Shown here in pieces: positions 23,401 to 25,339 of a stretch of 25,339 nt of DNA. The notes below the pieces were generated by a model. That model made no database searches, was not told where the DNA came from, and worked only from the letters and a program-made list of their open reading frames with translations. Origin of the DNA: a virus (Duplodnaviria; Caudoviricetes); the IMG/VR virus record IMGVR_UViG_3300020401_000081, positions 1 through 25,339 of that record, one strand, 5' to 3'. The first letter of the stretch is position 1. Each line of letters starts with the position of its first letter. Position numbers and translations under genes: made by a program.

Positions 23401-25339
23401 GTTACATAATTAAAGAGGGTAGTAATTACGATACTGGAACTTTAATCGGTGAATTTAATACAACTAATATTCTTGTCCCCACTTTGCCAAATAAAAATGA
23501 TAATGCAAAAGTTTATTCAATTAAGGCTGTTGATTCTGATGGAAATTTAAGTTCTCAAAATAGAACAACAGCTATAACAATAAATAACCCGCCTTCAATA
23601 GATGTAAATACAATTTCTCACGAATATAAAGATGATAATTTAATTATTAATTGGACAGAACCAACAGTAGGAACAGGTCAATTTGCTATTAAAGAATATG
23701 AAATTTTTGATGATAGTACAAGTTTAGGTAAAGTTAGTTCTACTACTTTTACGTTGCCTGTTAATTTTAATACTGACAGAAATATAAAAATAAAAGCATT
23801 TGACATTATTGGTAAAGAGGGCGCATTAACATCAAAAACAATTCCGTTTGTAAAAACAGCAGCTCCAAATATTAATATTGCGTTTGAAGGTACAAAACTT
23901 AGATTATTTTGGTCAGAACCTACACAAGGAGACACAAAAATCAAAGAATACGAAATCAGAAGAAGTAGTAATTTAATTACTGATATAGGCAATGCAACAT
24001 TAGTCGATAAAATAAATTCTGATAGTTATGTACTAGATATTGATTCAACTTTTGTGGTTGGAACTGCTGTTAGGTTTTTCGTTGTAGCTTTAGATGCAAA
24101 CGGTTTTAGAGGTGAAATAGGTAGAACTGGTATAGCTAATTTCCCTGATGCTGTTTTAGCTGCTCCACCTAAACCCCTTAATCTTACAGCAGTTATTAAA
24201 TCAGATAGTGCTTTTGTAAGTTGGGACTCAGTTACACCTTTAAGTAATGGTCTTCCAATAAAAGATTATAAAATTTATAGGGAAGTTGCAAGTGCTACAA
24301 CTGCTGGCATAGCTGACTTTCAACAAAACGGAACGCAGGTAACAGAAAGAGTTTTATGGACAGATTCACAGCAAAAATATTTTGTTAGGGCAATTGATAC
24401 TAATAATAATGAAGGGGAATTAGAAGAAGTGTTGTTTACAGTAGCAACACCTTCTAAAGTTACAAATTTAAAAAACGAGGTTATTGACAATAATGTTTTA
24501 TTAAGGTGGCAAGAAAGCACAGTAGCAGCAAATCAACTTCCAATTATTCATTACAACATTTATAGAAATACAACTGATGCAGCTAATTTAGTTGGACAAA
24601 AACAAGGAACATTTACTACTGTTTTTGAGCAAGTTGGCGGTAGTTTTACATATATTTTAATTCCTGTTAATAGTGCAGGCGTAGAGGGTCAACAAGAGGA
24701 CACAACAGCAAATGTAAATCAACCTCCTGATTTTGTGTTAACTGATGAAGTTGACAGTACTTTTAGCGGTACTATAGTTAATGGATTTTTAGATGATGAT
24801 GGATTATTTTTTAATGTTAATAATACAAGAACTTGGAAACAGCATTTTGACCCAAATAACAATGATACGTCTAGGACTTTTGGTGTTTACGGTAGCTCCA
24901 CTGTTTATGCTTTACCTAGTGAAAACTCAGGTAGTTACGAAGAAGTTATAGATACAGGAGCAGTAATAGCATCAACTCGAATTGAAGCAACATTAGGCTT
25001 AGATGCAGGGGAAACTATAGGTTCAACAACAATAACTCCAGAAATATTTACGTCATTAGATAACGTAAGTTTTACAAGTAAAGGACAAGGAAATACAAAT
25101 GTTTTAGGAACTAATTTTAGATATATAAAAGTAAAATTCGATTTTGATGGTGCAGATAATAATGATTTAGTTAAAGTAAAAAGTCTTAAAATTAAAACAT
25201 TTTTAAAACGTAAAACCGATCAAGGAAGTACAACTGTTACAGCAGCAGAAAGTAATGGTAGTGGTAAACAAGTTAATTTCACTGAAACTTTTGTAGATGT
25301 TGATGCTATTTCTCTTACAATTAGAGGGTCAAGTTCTAG
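20490..25339 (+). CDS. Tail tip / host-specificity protein J-like, >1616 aa, truncated by the window end (not in the ORF track)
   Basis: ATG overlaps the gpI stop. Motifs GSGGGGGGKGGGG, DVISEGEI, YPNSALVG, NDPAFCLLD..RYGLG, EPRFSLNC and QARRLGKW, then FN3-like repeats. No in-frame stop seen in the stretches I translated, and the frame is still open at the window end. Confidence 0.92.
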   Translation, partial: MTNNFIKGSGGGGGGKGGGGGSRTPTTAKDSLNNRSFANILDVISEGEIDGIHDPGGFTNSFHQSIFFNNTPLKNADGTDNFNDVKIDVRNGTPIQNVITGFNKSSSPVPVSLEITKSTPVTFTITDTSVTSVIIDIGIPALQKVNKDGDTKGTEVIFKFLKSQNNSSFQNISINGTVNQKITGRTGDLYQRQYEFNIQGNNFPVQFQVQRISDDDSTINNNNSDNLINHTSAIQLRSYQLVKDFDNPIQGTFSQSGTTITVNTTEPHTKVLGDSLGFEFINDGTHQQFTFSGNNQVKNNNYTGASNGNFQIASIISSTSFTVEHTESKNVANGSCKFYRVLNYPNSALVGIKLDAEQFNSIPRRAFLINGIKVKIPAANSTGTPVVVRNATQAASLGISNANQIKSFGFIHYPNGYIFDGNLTAAQYTNDPAFCLLDILLSERYGLGQFLKLSDLDIYSFYSISKYSSELVTFKDRRNDGQVETIKEPRFSLNCVIQKREDAFKIINNLCSVFRGMPLYSAGSLTLLQDRDGLDPTFIFNKTNVTPDGFTYSGSSQKTRANIAVIKYFDNELRDSAYEEVIDEDDVAKYGAITKNLNSFGVTSRTQARRLGKWFLTTLKTETETVNFTTTLEAGSLCRPGQIIEIQDPVKSGVRRGGRILNIQTVNNNHVITTDEANLPNNLTSTVSVIMSNGQFSKKNVSTINTSNKTITINGKFDILVNDSNGNKPFLDSLQPNPDYVKTTQVATPNLNSVWILETTGNSQQTILSQQFKVISVEEEDDYMYSITAVSHNESKYAHVEQLETLIHRDITNLDEIPTAPENFSNAVLSDGSTVNYPIESLYKYRDQVKVRVIVQWKPVVGISKYELIYNQDNKSEIVVTTQSPSFDIDDVNVNTATSSIFNFKVKSISGSGRKSTDTLETSLTVQGKNSLPSQVSSDFSGQIDSNLGIQLSWTPIEAIPPFFRDLDIRGYIIKEGSNYDTGTLIGEFNTTNILVPTLPNKNDNAKVYSIKAVDSDGNLSSQNRTTAITINNPPSIDVNTISHEYKDDNLIINWTEPTVGTGQFAIKEYEIFDDSTSLGKVSSTTFTLPVNFNTDRNIKIKAFDIIGKEGALTSKTIPFVKTAAPNINIAFEGTKLRLFWSEPTQGDTKIKEYEIRRSSNLITDIGNATLVDKINSDSYVLDIDSTFVVGTAVRFFVVALDANGFRGEIGRTGIANFPDAVLAAPPKPLNLTAVIKSDSAFVSWDSVTPLSNGLPIKDYKIYREVASATTAGIADFQQNGTQVTERVLWTDSQQKYFVRAIDTNNNEGELEEVLFTVATPSKVTNLKNEVIDNNVLLRWQESTVAANQLPIIHYNIYRNTTDAANLVGQKQGTFTTVFEQVGGSFTYILIPVNSAGVEGQQEDTTANVNQPPDFVLTDEVDSTFSGTIVNGFLDDDGLFFNVNNTRTWKQHFDPNNNDTSRTFGVYGSSTVYALPSENSGSYEEVIDTGAVIASTRIEATLGLDAGETIGSTTITPEIFTSLDNVSFTSKGQGNTNVLGTNFRYIKVKFDFDGADNNDLVKVKSLKIKTFLKRKTDQGSTTVTAAESNGSGKQVNFTETFVDVDAISLTIRGSSS

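Noticed and set aside
9405-24520. Minus-strand ORFs within the capsid, tape measure, gpL and gpJ genes (e.g. 15828-16367, 23678-23992, 24320-24520)
   Set aside because: They mirror the codon bias of the + strand genes. The 20.5-25.3 kb region is explained by the gpJ frame.
1-25339. CRISPR array, tRNA/rRNA, integrase/IS, intron/intein, DGR, stop-codon recoding
   Set aside because: None seen. Gaps are short, core genes are normal length and uninterrupted under the standard code, and there is no reverse transcriptase or repeat-spacer pattern.

Overview
The window is the late-gene half of an AT-rich (roughly one third G+C by eye) lambda-like siphovirus or prophage. The host is most likely a marine cyanobacterium such as Prochlorococcus, inferred from the PRTase and FolE types and the cyanophage-style tail domains. 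From left to right: (1) a translationally coupled cassette parB-like / dpdA-like transglycosylase / folE / queD / phosphoribosyltransferase / queE, i.e. a 7-deazaguanine DNA-modification pathway with no queC in the window, running directly into the terminase genes; (2) TerS, GpA-type TerL, gpW-like protein and lambda-type portal; (3) a two-gene reverse-strand moron with its own sigma70 promoter; (4) an 891-aa multi-domain protease-capsid polyprotein and head-completion genes; (5) a lambda-type tail module: tube, frameshifted chaperones, tape measure, M, L, K, I and a >1600-aa J that runs off the window and is missing from the ORF track. Most notable are the QueC-less, PRTase-containing deazaguanine cassette next to the packaging genes; apparent complete avoidance of CCWGG, GGNCC and CGCG (manual scan); and a gpL that lacks its Fe-S cysteine domain but carries a cupredoxin-like insert. 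All family calls come from recognised motifs and synteny, not database searches.
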